From an uncultured virus (IMG/VR IMGVR_UViG_3300046007_008038) (taxonomy: Duplodnaviria; Heunggongvirae; Uroviricota; Caudoviricetes), in the IMG/VR virus record IMGVR_UViG_3300046007_008038: a DNA stretch of 20,000 nucleotides. One strand, given 5' to 3'. Every line of letters starts with the position of its first letter. The stretch's first letter is position 1. Positions 9,114-16,937 of this stretch are shown here, piece by piece. The position numbers and the translations under genes are program-made. The notes beneath the pieces are model-generated. The model was not told the DNA's origin, did no database searches, and was given only the letters and a program-made list of their open reading frames with translations.

Positions 9114-9841
9114 TGGTGAAGTGTTTAAAAATAATTTCTTGTTTTTTTGGGAAAAGAAGAAAATTTAATAATAATCCTACAACTCCAGAAGAGTGCCTAA
9201 AGTTTTTGAAAGAGTCAATTGAATTAGATATTAATCTAGATTCTGGAGAGCCTATGGATATTCTATTAATTAACAATAAAAATAACTTTTTAGAAGGAGA
9301 TTCTTATGTTAATTCTTTAAAAGGGACAAAAACAAAAAATGGAATTATTAAAGTAGTAGTTAGAGAAAATGTTGGTGGATCTTTTGGATCTTTTTCTGAT
9401 GGTTTCGATATGTGTAAACATGATTATGGTTACTTCCTATTCAATGAAGATGACATACGAATCTTGAAAGAAAATTACTTTTCTCAGTCGATAGAAAAAT
9501 TAAATACAGACAAACAAATTGGATTTGTTGCTTTTGCTCCAATCCATAGGGGCAATCCAATCCATTCTGGTGGAGGATTTGGTATTACATCATCAAAAAT
9601 TATAACATCTATTTTAGGAGATAGTAAAATAGCATATGAAAAATCGGTTGATTATTCTGCTCTACAAAGAAATGAAATAGAGTTTACAAATATGTACGAT
9701 AGGGCTGGTTTAACGATTGTTAATTTAGATCAATATTGTACCTTGGCAAGTAATTATACTTTACACGCTTCTCAAAATAGACCACCGTATAACACAGAAA
9801 TTCTTAGTGGGAAACCATTCTTATATAAAGTGGGCTTTTAA
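9113..9841 (+). CDS. Putative GT-A-like glycosyltransferase-related protein
   Basis: RENVGGSFGSF and YFLFNEDD (DxD-like) motifs, plus island context. TAATG coupling favours the 9113 start. Confidence 0.5.
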   Translation: MVKCLKIISCFFGKRRKFNNNPTTPEECLKFLKESIELDINLDSGEPMDILLINNKNNFLEGDSYVNSLKGTKTKNGIIKVVVRENVGGSFGSFSDGFDMCKHDYGYFLFNEDDIRILKENYFSQSIEKLNTDKQIGFVAFAPIHRGNPIHSGGGFGITSSKIITSILGDSKIAYEKSVDYSALQRNEIEFTNMYDRAGLTIVNLDQYCTLASNYTLHASQNRPPYNTEILSGKPFLYKVGF

Positions 9842-10491
9842 TGAATAACAAGTATATCCCGATATGTGTCAATCCACCAGCAGCCTTGTATGGTGGATCT
9901 AATACAGAGCCTTTAGCATCTATGGGAATGTCTTGCTTTTTAGATCCTATGGGTGATAAATTTTGTGAAGGTGTATCTATCTTAGATTATGGATGCGGAG
10001 CAGGTATTTTAGCAAACCATATCAGTAAACAACTTAAAAATTTTACTTATTATGGTTTGGAACCTCAAAGTAAGCACGGAGAAGAACGCTTATCTCTAGC
10101 TAAACAATATATATCGGATCCTAGATGTAGTTTTGGTTTTATAGAACACGAATTAATTACTACATTAAAGAAAAAAATAGATTCGATTATCTTGATATCT
10201 GTTTTTACTCATCTGGAAGATCGAGATATAATTAATACTTTAGATTCTTTATGTAGAGTATTTGATCATAACCCTGAGTGTGATATAATATTTTCTTGTT
10301 TTTTAAGTACTGAAAAAAGATTAGTAAATTTTATGCCTCACATATGGTCAAGATTTTTTGGTGAAAGTTACATACCTATTTCAGTATTAGAAAATTACTG
10401 TAAAAATAAAAATTTAAGTTTAACTCATTGTACGAGTTTTTTGGCTCAAGGAAATTACATGCACGAAATTTTTAGGATTAAAAAATTATGA
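9841..10491 (+). CDS. Class I SAM-dependent methyltransferase
   Basis: Motif I ILDYGCGAG; ISVFTHL. Confidence 0.85.
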   Translation: MNNKYIPICVNPPAALYGGSNTEPLASMGMSCFLDPMGDKFCEGVSILDYGCGAGILANHISKQLKNFTYYGLEPQSKHGEERLSLAKQYISDPRCSFGFIEHELITTLKKKIDSIILISVFTHLEDRDIINTLDSLCRVFDHNPECDIIFSCFLSTEKRLVNFMPHIWSRFFGESYIPISVLENYCKNKNLSLTHCTSFLAQGNYMHEIFRIKKL

Positions 10492-11063
10492 TTGGCTGGA
10501 ACGAATCTATAAAAAAAGAATTAGGTTTTTGCGGGAACAATGTTTTTATTGGTCACAATGTATTGTTCACTAACCCAAAAGAAGTTTTTTTAGGTGATAA
10601 TGTTAGAATAGATCCTTTTTCCTTAATTACCACTAAATTAAAAGTAGGAAACTTTGTACAAATATGTTCTCATACCGTTTTAGGTGGTGGGGCTGCACAT
10701 CAAATAACATTAGGTGATTGGACCTTTATAGGTTATGGATCTAAATTATTTTGTGCTTCCGAAGATTACAGTGGGGAATTCGGACCTGTAAATGAATTTT
10801 GGGGAAACAATAAAATATTTAGAGGGGATATCACTATAAATGATTATGCTGGGGTAGCATCAGATGTTATGCTTTTCCCGGGGGTTCAAATTCCAGAAGG
10901 TTGCACCATAGGTGCTAAAAGTTTTGTACACACTAAAAATAAACTAGAGCCGTGGTCCATATGGTTAGGTAACCCATTGACTTTCCATAAAGAAAGAAAC
11001 AAAAGTCAGATTATAAAAAATGCAAAGGATATTAATTTTTACAAGGAAAGAGCAAAAAAATGA
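10488..11063 (+). CDS. Hexapeptide-repeat (left-handed beta-helix) acyl/acetyltransferase
   Basis: Repeats VFIGHN, VFLGDNVRID, KVGNFVQI, TLGDWTFIG; PGVQIPEGCTIGAKSFV; WLGNP. Confidence 0.85.
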   Translation: MIGWNESIKKELGFCGNNVFIGHNVLFTNPKEVFLGDNVRIDPFSLITTKLKVGNFVQICSHTVLGGGAAHQITLGDWTFIGYGSKLFCASEDYSGEFGPVNEFWGNNKIFRGDITINDYAGVASDVMLFPGVQIPEGCTIGAKSFVHTKNKLEPWSIWLGNPLTFHKERNKSQIIKNAKDINFYKERAKK

Positions 11064-11926
11064 AAAATTATAAACATGATTCTTCTTCTATGAATTGGCC
11101 TTGGTGTGAGTCGCCCTTTTTTTACGATATTCTAAATGCACAAAATTTTTCTAATTCTGAAAAGGAGCTAGTAACTCAATATCATGAAGAGGGTTATTGT
11201 ATAGTTGATTTAGATCTTTCTCAAACAGATCTATCTAACATGAGACAAGAGGTTGATCGTATAAACAATTCCGATGCTGTTAAATTGCAGGATTCTGGGT
11301 ATCATTATTCCAAGGGTAAGAGGATTTTTGAGGCATGGAAGAGTAGTGATTTACTAAAAAGTTTGTCTTTAAATAGTAAAATTTTAGACATACTCAATTT
11401 ACTGTATCAAAGAAAACCTATTCCATTTCAGACAATAACTTTTAACTATGGTAGTAATCAGCCTTTGCATAGTGATACAATTCACTTTCATTCCCTACCA
11501 CATAGATGGTTAGTAGGAGCTTGGGTAGCTTTAGAAGATATGGATGAAAATAATGGATCTTTAATTTATGTTCCAAAAAGCCACAAGTTACCAGTGTTTG
11601 ATTTTTATGACTTAAATATTTCAACTCCTAAATTTGGGGAACAGTTTGATGCCTATTCTGAGTATGAAAATTTCATAGCACAACTAATAGATTCTAAAAA
11701 ATTAGAAAAAAGAACCTTGAAGTGTAAGGCAGGGTCTGTTTTGATTTGGGCGGCTAATTTAGTTCATGGTGGTGACATTATACGAGATACAAATAGATCT
11801 AGGTACAGTCAAGTAACTCACTATTATTTTGATGGGTGTGATAAGTATTACACTCCAATGTTTTCGGACGCATGGAAAGGGTCTTTTTCTGAAAAAAATC
11901 TAAAGGAGAAGAATTTTTATGTCTAA
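11060..11926 (+). CDS. Phytanoyl-CoA dioxygenase (PhyH) family 2OG-Fe(II) oxygenase
   Basis: QPLHSD (HxD), WVALED, NGSLIYVPKSH, GSVLIWAANLVHGG, RYS. Confidence 0.88.
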   Translation: MKNYKHDSSSMNWPWCESPFFYDILNAQNFSNSEKELVTQYHEEGYCIVDLDLSQTDLSNMRQEVDRINNSDAVKLQDSGYHYSKGKRIFEAWKSSDLLKSLSLNSKILDILNLLYQRKPIPFQTITFNYGSNQPLHSDTIHFHSLPHRWLVGAWVALEDMDENNGSLIYVPKSHKLPVFDFYDLNISTPKFGEQFDAYSEYENFIAQLIDSKKLEKRTLKCKAGSVLIWAANLVHGGDIIRDTNRSRYSQVTHYYFDGCDKYYTPMFSDAWKGSFSEKNLKEKNFYV

Positions 11927-12599
11927 TTGGGAAAAAGAATATCTAGCTTATATGGATGAAAGAGATAAAAAGATAAAAACTATTGTCGCTTTTGGAGGCT
12001 CTGGAGGTTTAGCGCAAAAAACACTTCCATACTTAAAAAATTACAATGTAAAGTATTTGTCATCCAAAGACTGTGATGTAAGAGATTATTCTCAAGTAGA
12101 ACATCATATAAAAGGCTCTGATGGGTGTATTTATTTTTCTGTTGTAAACCATGATAACCTAATAGCTAACTTGAATGAGGGGGAGGTAAAACATTCACTT
12201 GATGTCAATGTACTTGGTTTCATAAATGTATTAAAAGCAAGTGCAAATGAGTACAAAACAAAAGGTTTAGGTAGAGTAATTTACATATCTTCCATATTAA
12301 GTAGTAGCCCAATAAAAGGCACAAGCATTTACGCAGCTAGTAAATCTTTTTGTGAAACTATGGTTAAAGTTTATGCACAGGAAAATGCTAAATTTGGAAT
12401 AACTTGCAACAGTATTCAATTGGGCTACTTTGATGCTGGCTTAGTATACAAGGTTCCAGAACCTGTTATATCGAATGTGAAACAATCAATTCCACTAAAA
12501 AGATTTGGAGACTGTATGGAACTAAGTATTCTAATTGAATCTATTTTAAAAAACGATTATTTATCTGGGGCTAATATCAAATTAGCAGGAGGTCTTTGA
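11919..12599 (+). CDS. SDR family oxidoreductase, FabG-like
   Basis: GGSGGLA Rossmann motif, ISS, catalytic YAASK, NSIQLGYFDAG, IPLKRFG, GANIKLAGGL. Confidence 0.85.
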   Translation: MSNWEKEYLAYMDERDKKIKTIVAFGGSGGLAQKTLPYLKNYNVKYLSSKDCDVRDYSQVEHHIKGSDGCIYFSVVNHDNLIANLNEGEVKHSLDVNVLGFINVLKASANEYKTKGLGRVIYISSILSSSPIKGTSIYAASKSFCETMVKVYAQENAKFGITCNSIQLGYFDAGLVYKVPEPVISNVKQSIPLKRFGDCMELSILIESILKNDYLSGANIKLAGGL

Positions 12600-12600
12600 T

Positions 12601-13335
12601 ATGTCAAATTTAAAATATTTAATATTACTAGCTTATTACAAAAGACCAAAAATAGTTTTAAATGCGTTGGATAGTATAAAAAAATTAAAGTATGAAAACT
12701 GGGAATTACACTTTATAGATGATTCTGGTGATTCCTCTTTTAAGGACACTTTATTTTCTTTTGGATTGCCGACAGACAAAGTAAGATACTTCCCCATTTT
12801 GGACACCGATGAAGTTAAGAAAAAAAATGGGGGATCCAGACACGGGGAGTTCCTCAATAATTCTATAAAAAATACGGATAGTGATGTGGTTATTATCTTA
12901 TGTGATGACGATGCTCTGTGTTCTGATTATTTAAATAACTTAAATATCTTCTATTCAAATAAAAATAATATGTGGGGATACTGTCATGTCCTATTTTTCG
13001 ACCCATATGAAGAAAAAATTGAACAAGCTAAACCATACCCTAAAAACCCTGAACTTGGTTGGTGTATGCTAAATATACCTAGATGCCCAACTTCACCTGT
13101 TAATAGATTAGATGGGTCTCAGATTACATTTAGAATAAGTGCATTAAAAGAAAAAAACATAACATACCCTTATCCACAAACAACTAATTTGGATCGTGCT
13201 ATACTCCAACAAATGTATTCCAACTACGGTGAATGTAAGTTTACTTCCTGTATTGGACAATATAAAGGTTGGTTTACTAAACAGTTAGGTTTCCGAGAAA
13301 GAGTTACAAATGATATTTTTACGGATAATCCGTAA
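12601..13335 (+). CDS. Glycosyltransferase family 2 (GT-A)
   Basis: AYYKRP..NALDSI, WELHFIDDSG, ILCDDD. Confidence 0.8.
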   Translation: MSNLKYLILLAYYKRPKIVLNALDSIKKLKYENWELHFIDDSGDSSFKDTLFSFGLPTDKVRYFPILDTDEVKKKNGGSRHGEFLNNSIKNTDSDVVIILCDDDALCSDYLNNLNIFYSNKNNMWGYCHVLFFDPYEEKIEQAKPYPKNPELGWCMLNIPRCPTSPVNRLDGSQITFRISALKEKNITYPYPQTTNLDRAILQQMYSNYGECKFTSCIGQYKGWFTKQLGFRERVTNDIFTDNP

Positions 13336-13442
13336 CTTTAGTAATACTTAAATCTATATAATATTGGGACCGTCATAGTTCAACTCCAAATTATAATTTA
13401 AATAACTTAGGAAAAACTAAACAGGATGACTCTAATACCAAT

Positions 13443-13763
13443 ATGAACTTTAGTCAATACCAACAACAAGCTAAACAATACGCAATTTATAAGGATCGAA
13501 TCCTATACCCTACACTAGGTCTTGCATCTGAGGCAGGAGAAGTGTGTGGTAAAGTTAAGAAAGTACTTAGAGATTCACAAGGGTTCTTCTCTCCTGAAGA
13601 TAAAGAACAGATAAGATCAGAGCTAGGTGATGTACTTTGGTATATTGCAGCAGTCTGCTCGGATTTGGATCTAGACATGAACACAGTAGCCTCAGACAAC
13701 ATTATAAAACTACAGGATAGAATGAATCGCAATAAGATTAAAGGATCTGGAGATAATAGGTGA
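13443..13763 (+). CDS. MazG-like nucleoside triphosphate pyrophosphohydrolase
   Basis: LGLASEAGEVCGKVKK, ELGDVLWY, NIIKLQDR..R..IKGSGDNR. Confidence 0.92.
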   Translation: MNFSQYQQQAKQYAIYKDRILYPTLGLASEAGEVCGKVKKVLRDSQGFFSPEDKEQIRSELGDVLWYIAAVCSDLDLDMNTVASDNIIKLQDRMNRNKIKGSGDNR

Positions 13764-13767
13764 AATT

Positions 13768-14550
13768 ATGAGAAAATATTTACTAGGTGTAGTTATAGCA
13801 TTAATGGTGGCAGTCCCTGTTCTAATCTCTCAGGTCAGGAGAGGCCGGATTGTTGAGGTAACTCCACAGAGCCATCCAGCCACTACGACAAATGGTTTGG
13901 ATTACGATTTTGTAGAGTTACAAGGAACTCAAGATTGTTGGTTCTACTACGGTCAGGATCAAGAGTGTGATCTTAAGTTCCTAAGATTCCCTGCATACAC
14001 AGGCACTGCTCCATTACGGGAAGTTAGATTGCAGTTGCGGTGGCATATAAGTTGGGCAGGCAAGTATGAGAACTTGCATCCAACCCATTTCTGGAACGAT
14101 CCCACAAATGAGATTGGCAACCCCGGAACACTAAATCCATTGAACGGCCTACCTTGGGGATTTAATTGGTATACTTGGGCTTGGGCAACCACAGAGGGTG
14201 GTAATATGTTAGCCCTATCACAACTCCCTAGTATAACAATAGATGACTGCTTCTACGGATATATTGCTCCTTTTGATGGTACGCTAGACTTCCAAGGAGA
14301 TAGTGGTGGTATAGATTTTACGGAGTGGAGTGTCTGCTTACAGCCTAACTATTGGACAGAAGCTGTTTGTATCATACAGCATCCATTCTATCTACAAACT
14401 TTTACAGACCCTGATGGTGTAGTCGAGCTAACATTCAAGTCTGGTGCATTCCCACAGATAGAACATCCTTGGGGCAATTCAGGCATGGCATATGAATTTA
14501 ATAGTTATTGGGACATATCATTGGATAAGATCCAGTATGTGACATACTGA
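13768..14550 (+). CDS. Exported protein, choice-of-anchor E domain-like
   Basis: N-terminal hydrophobic signal. LREVRLQL...YENL, APFDGTLDFQGDSG and terminal QYVTY match my recollection of the choice-of-anchor E pattern. Confidence 0.6.
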   Translation: MRKYLLGVVIALMVAVPVLISQVRRGRIVEVTPQSHPATTTNGLDYDFVELQGTQDCWFYYGQDQECDLKFLRFPAYTGTAPLREVRLQLRWHISWAGKYENLHPTHFWNDPTNEIGNPGTLNPLNGLPWGFNWYTWAWATTEGGNMLALSQLPSITIDDCFYGYIAPFDGTLDFQGDSGGIDFTEWSVCLQPNYWTEAVCIIQHPFYLQTFTDPDGVVELTFKSGAFPQIEHPWGNSGMAYEFNSYWDISLDKIQYVTY

Positions 14551-14568
14551 AAAAAAGGTAATTATTGG

Positions 14569-14605
14569 CTCCTACCAACTCTAATAAGTTGGTAGGAGTT
14601 TTTTT
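14569..14605 (+). terminator. Intrinsic terminator that also contains the RBS of the next gene
   Basis: 12-bp stem CTCCTACCAACT/AGTTGGTAGGAG, loop CTAATA, T7 tail. Confidence 0.8.
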
Positions 14606-14992
14606 ATGGATGATGTCCCGCCGCCGATGCGTGTAGCCAAAAAACAAGCTTATCAGTCTAGATCTAGATTTAAAATAGGAGCTGCTATTGCTAGAGGCAA
14701 TAAGATCCTTTCTGCTGCTCATAACATCATGAAGACACATCCTGAGTTTGGATCAGGTAAATACATGAATCTTCATGCAGAGGGGCACGCCATTTATAAG
14801 GCTATTAGAATGGGTTTAGATCTAAACGGTGCTACCATTTACATTTACAGAAAAAACAATAATTTGGCAAAGCCTTGTAAGTTTTGCCAAGCTTTAATTA
14901 ACAAGTACGGAATCACAAATGTGGTTTACAGTGGAGAATTTAATGGATCAATCAGTTTTGAAAAAACTAAAAAACGCAGGATTGCTGTCTGA
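14606..14992 (+). CDS. Zn-dependent cytidine/deoxycytidylate deaminase family protein
   Basis: IGAAI, HN, HAE and PCKFC motifs. Confidence 0.85.
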   Translation: MDDVPPPMRVAKKQAYQSRSRFKIGAAIARGNKILSAAHNIMKTHPEFGSGKYMNLHAEGHAIYKAIRMGLDLNGATIYIYRKNNNLAKPCKFCQALINKYGITNVVYSGEFNGSISFEKTKKRRIAV

Positions 14993-15932
14993 CACAACTA
15001 CCGACTTAGGGTTTATACCTACTGGTAGTTATGCATTGAATAAAATCATATCTGGGGATTATACTAAAGGAGTTCCTGTAGGTATGATAACTCAAATTCA
15101 TGGGGAAGCATCTACAGCTAAAACTGTATTTGCTACTCACATTTTAAGAGAGGCGCAAGCATTGAAATACTATACAATGCTTGTCGATAGCGAAAATGCT
15201 TATAACCCTAAGTTTGCTGAAAAATTGGGGTTAAATCCAGAAACTTTAATTTATGCTGCTCCAGAAACTCTTGAAGATTGTTTCAATGTAATTGAAGACA
15301 CCATAAAATCTATAAGGGAGTCTGATAAGGATACTCCGATAGTCGTGGTTTATGATAGTATTGCGGTAAGCCCTTCTAAGGCAGAATACGAAGCTGTTGG
15401 TTATGAAGCCAATAATATGCAGGGAGCAGTAAGGGCCAAAGCCACAGGATCCTGCCTAAGGAAGATAAATCCCTTGATGCGTAAGTACAAGGTTGCCTTA
15501 GTTATAATTAACCAAATAAGAAATAAAGTAGGTGTAATGTATGGTAGCCCAGATACAATGGCAGCGGGAGGTAAATCCTTAGAATACTATCTCGGGGTTA
15601 ATCTAAAGACCATTTCTAATAAGACCTCAGACCTAATTAAGGATGACTCAGGCAAGGTTATAGGCATTAAGGGATCTATAAGGAATACGAAAAACAAAGT
15701 ATCTGTTCCTTTTAAGGAATGCGAGTTTGAATTAATTTACGATGATGGGATTAGTCCTTTTACAGGACTTTTACCTTTGCTAGAACAGGATAATTTAGTG
15801 CAGAGATCAGGTGCATGGTATACTGTTTCTGGCACAGAAAAGAAGTTCCAATCTAAAGATTTTATTGAAATGTTAAAAAATAATAAAGAACAAGCATTTC
15901 AACACATACGAGAATTAATTAAATTTATTTAA
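14943..15932 (+). CDS. RecA/UvsX-like recombinase
   Basis: IPTGSYALN, P-loop GEASTAKT, VDSENA, VVYDSIA, INQIR, GGKSLEYY, KNKVSVPFKE, SGAWY. GGAG RBS supports the 14943 start. Confidence 0.92.
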   Translation: MDQSVLKKLKNAGLLSDTTTDLGFIPTGSYALNKIISGDYTKGVPVGMITQIHGEASTAKTVFATHILREAQALKYYTMLVDSENAYNPKFAEKLGLNPETLIYAAPETLEDCFNVIEDTIKSIRESDKDTPIVVVYDSIAVSPSKAEYEAVGYEANNMQGAVRAKATGSCLRKINPLMRKYKVALVIINQIRNKVGVMYGSPDTMAAGGKSLEYYLGVNLKTISNKTSDLIKDDSGKVIGIKGSIRNTKNKVSVPFKECEFELIYDDGISPFTGLLPLLEQDNLVQRSGAWYTVSGTEKKFQSKDFIEMLKNNKEQAFQHIRELIKFI

Positions 15933-15957
15933 ATAAAGGGAAGAACACTACTATAAT
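15928..15957 (+). promoter_or_regulatory. Putative sigma70-like promoter
   Basis: TTTAAA (15928-15933), 18-nt spacer, perfect TATAAT (15952-15957), upstream of ATG 15975. Confidence 0.4.
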
Positions 15958-15974
15958 TTAAGTAAGGGAACACC

Positions 15975-16241
15975 ATGAGAGAACAAGATTTGTACAAACA
16001 ATTGGAGTCCCTTATTGATTCTGCTTTTAAGGATCTGTTCAAGGAGAAAAATATTATGCAAACACCTCAACCTAGTTCAAATACACAAGTTAAGAATACC
16101 CAAAATACTCCCTGTAAGTATTCCACAATTAAGGAATATACCGAAGCAACTGGTAAAAGGTTTAGAATGACCAAGGAACAGTTGCAAAGAGGCATTTCCC
16201 GTGAGGAAGCTTTTAGAGAGTTTATTCAATCTGCTGACTGA
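15975..16241 (+). CDS. Hypothetical protein
   Basis: 88 aa ORF with AAGGGA RBS. Confidence 0.7.
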   Translation: MREQDLYKQLESLIDSAFKDLFKEKNIMQTPQPSSNTQVKNTQNTPCKYSTIKEYTEATGKRFRMTKEQLQRGISREEAFREFIQSAD

Positions 16242-16242
16242 A

Positions 16243-16440
16243 ATGGGAAAGACTTTTAGGCGTAACTCAGAAGATAGTTATAAATATGGTGGTAATAAAC
16301 GCCCTAAGCCTAAACCTCGTCGCCAACCTCCGAGGGTAAAAGGAGATAAAGGCTCCTCCTCGGAGGATTGGCGAAATACCTTTCAAGAAGTAGAAAAAGT
16401 TTTAAGGGATGATGATGAACGAAAACCAAACGAACAATGA
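16243..16440 (+). CDS. Hypothetical basic protein
   Basis: ATG lies just after the upstream stop; MGKTFRRNS... Confidence 0.6.
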   Translation: MGKTFRRNSEDSYKYGGNKRPKPKPRRQPPRVKGDKGSSSEDWRNTFQEVEKVLRDDDERKPNEQ

Positions 16441-16666
16441 ACCTTTGGATACCCATTTAATCTTTGAATGGGAGCCTGTAGAATTTTCAATTACCGAAGA
16501 TGGTATCCCTATGCCATTTTGGCAGTTTAAAGATTTAACTGATTATTACTGCACTGTAAAGATGGCAGAATACCTAGATAATATTGAATGGAGGGCTAGT
16601 TATGGTTACGACATATATTCCCAAAACACAACACTTCGCCCAGACACGAATACAGAAGATAGCTAA
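16409..16666 (+). CDS. Hypothetical acidic protein (start uncertain, 16409-16415)
   Basis: 85 aa ORF filling the gap between neighbours; AAGGGA upstream. Confidence 0.55.
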   Translation: MMMNENQTNNEPLDTHLIFEWEPVEFSITEDGIPMPFWQFKDLTDYYCTVKMAEYLDNIEWRASYGYDIYSQNTTLRPDTNTEDS

Positions 16667-16937
16667 GAAACTAATTGAGGAAGCCGAAGAGGATAGACAA
16701 TTAGCTTTAGATGCACACCGTTATTTCAGGGTGCGTGTGGAAGAGAATCCAGCAGACAATGTTTCTAAAGCATTAATGGTGGATTGTCTTAAAGTGGCTC
16801 AATCTTCAAAACAATATACAGTTAAAGTTATTACTTTGATGAGTAAATTGAATGAAGAATCAGCACCAGAAAAAACAAAAGCAAGTGGCTCAATCACATC
16901 TGTGTTTTCTGAACTGGACAATATGATAGATGAGTGA
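16602..16937 (+). CDS. Hypothetical helical protein
   Basis: GGAGGG RBS at 16590-16595 before ATG 16602; coupled to the Clp ATPase gene. Confidence 0.7.
   Translation: MVTTYIPKTQHFAQTRIQKIAKKLIEEAEEDRQLALDAHRYFRVRVEENPADNVSKALMVDCLKVAQSSKQYTVKVITLMSKLNEESAPEKTKASGSITSVFSELDNMIDE

Noticed and set aside
11060..13335. TET/JBP plus glycosyltransferase DNA hypermodification system
   Set aside because: The dioxygenase has PhyH-family motifs rather than TET/JBP motifs, and no DNA methyltransferase or hydroxymethylase is in the window. DNA as target is not excluded but is unsupported.
6428..13407. ATTTAAATAACT direct repeats flanking the glycan island as att sites or dif-like sites
   Set aside because: A third identical copy lies inside a CDS (12929-12940), the sequence is nearly all A/T, it does not match the Xer dif layout, and no integrase is present.
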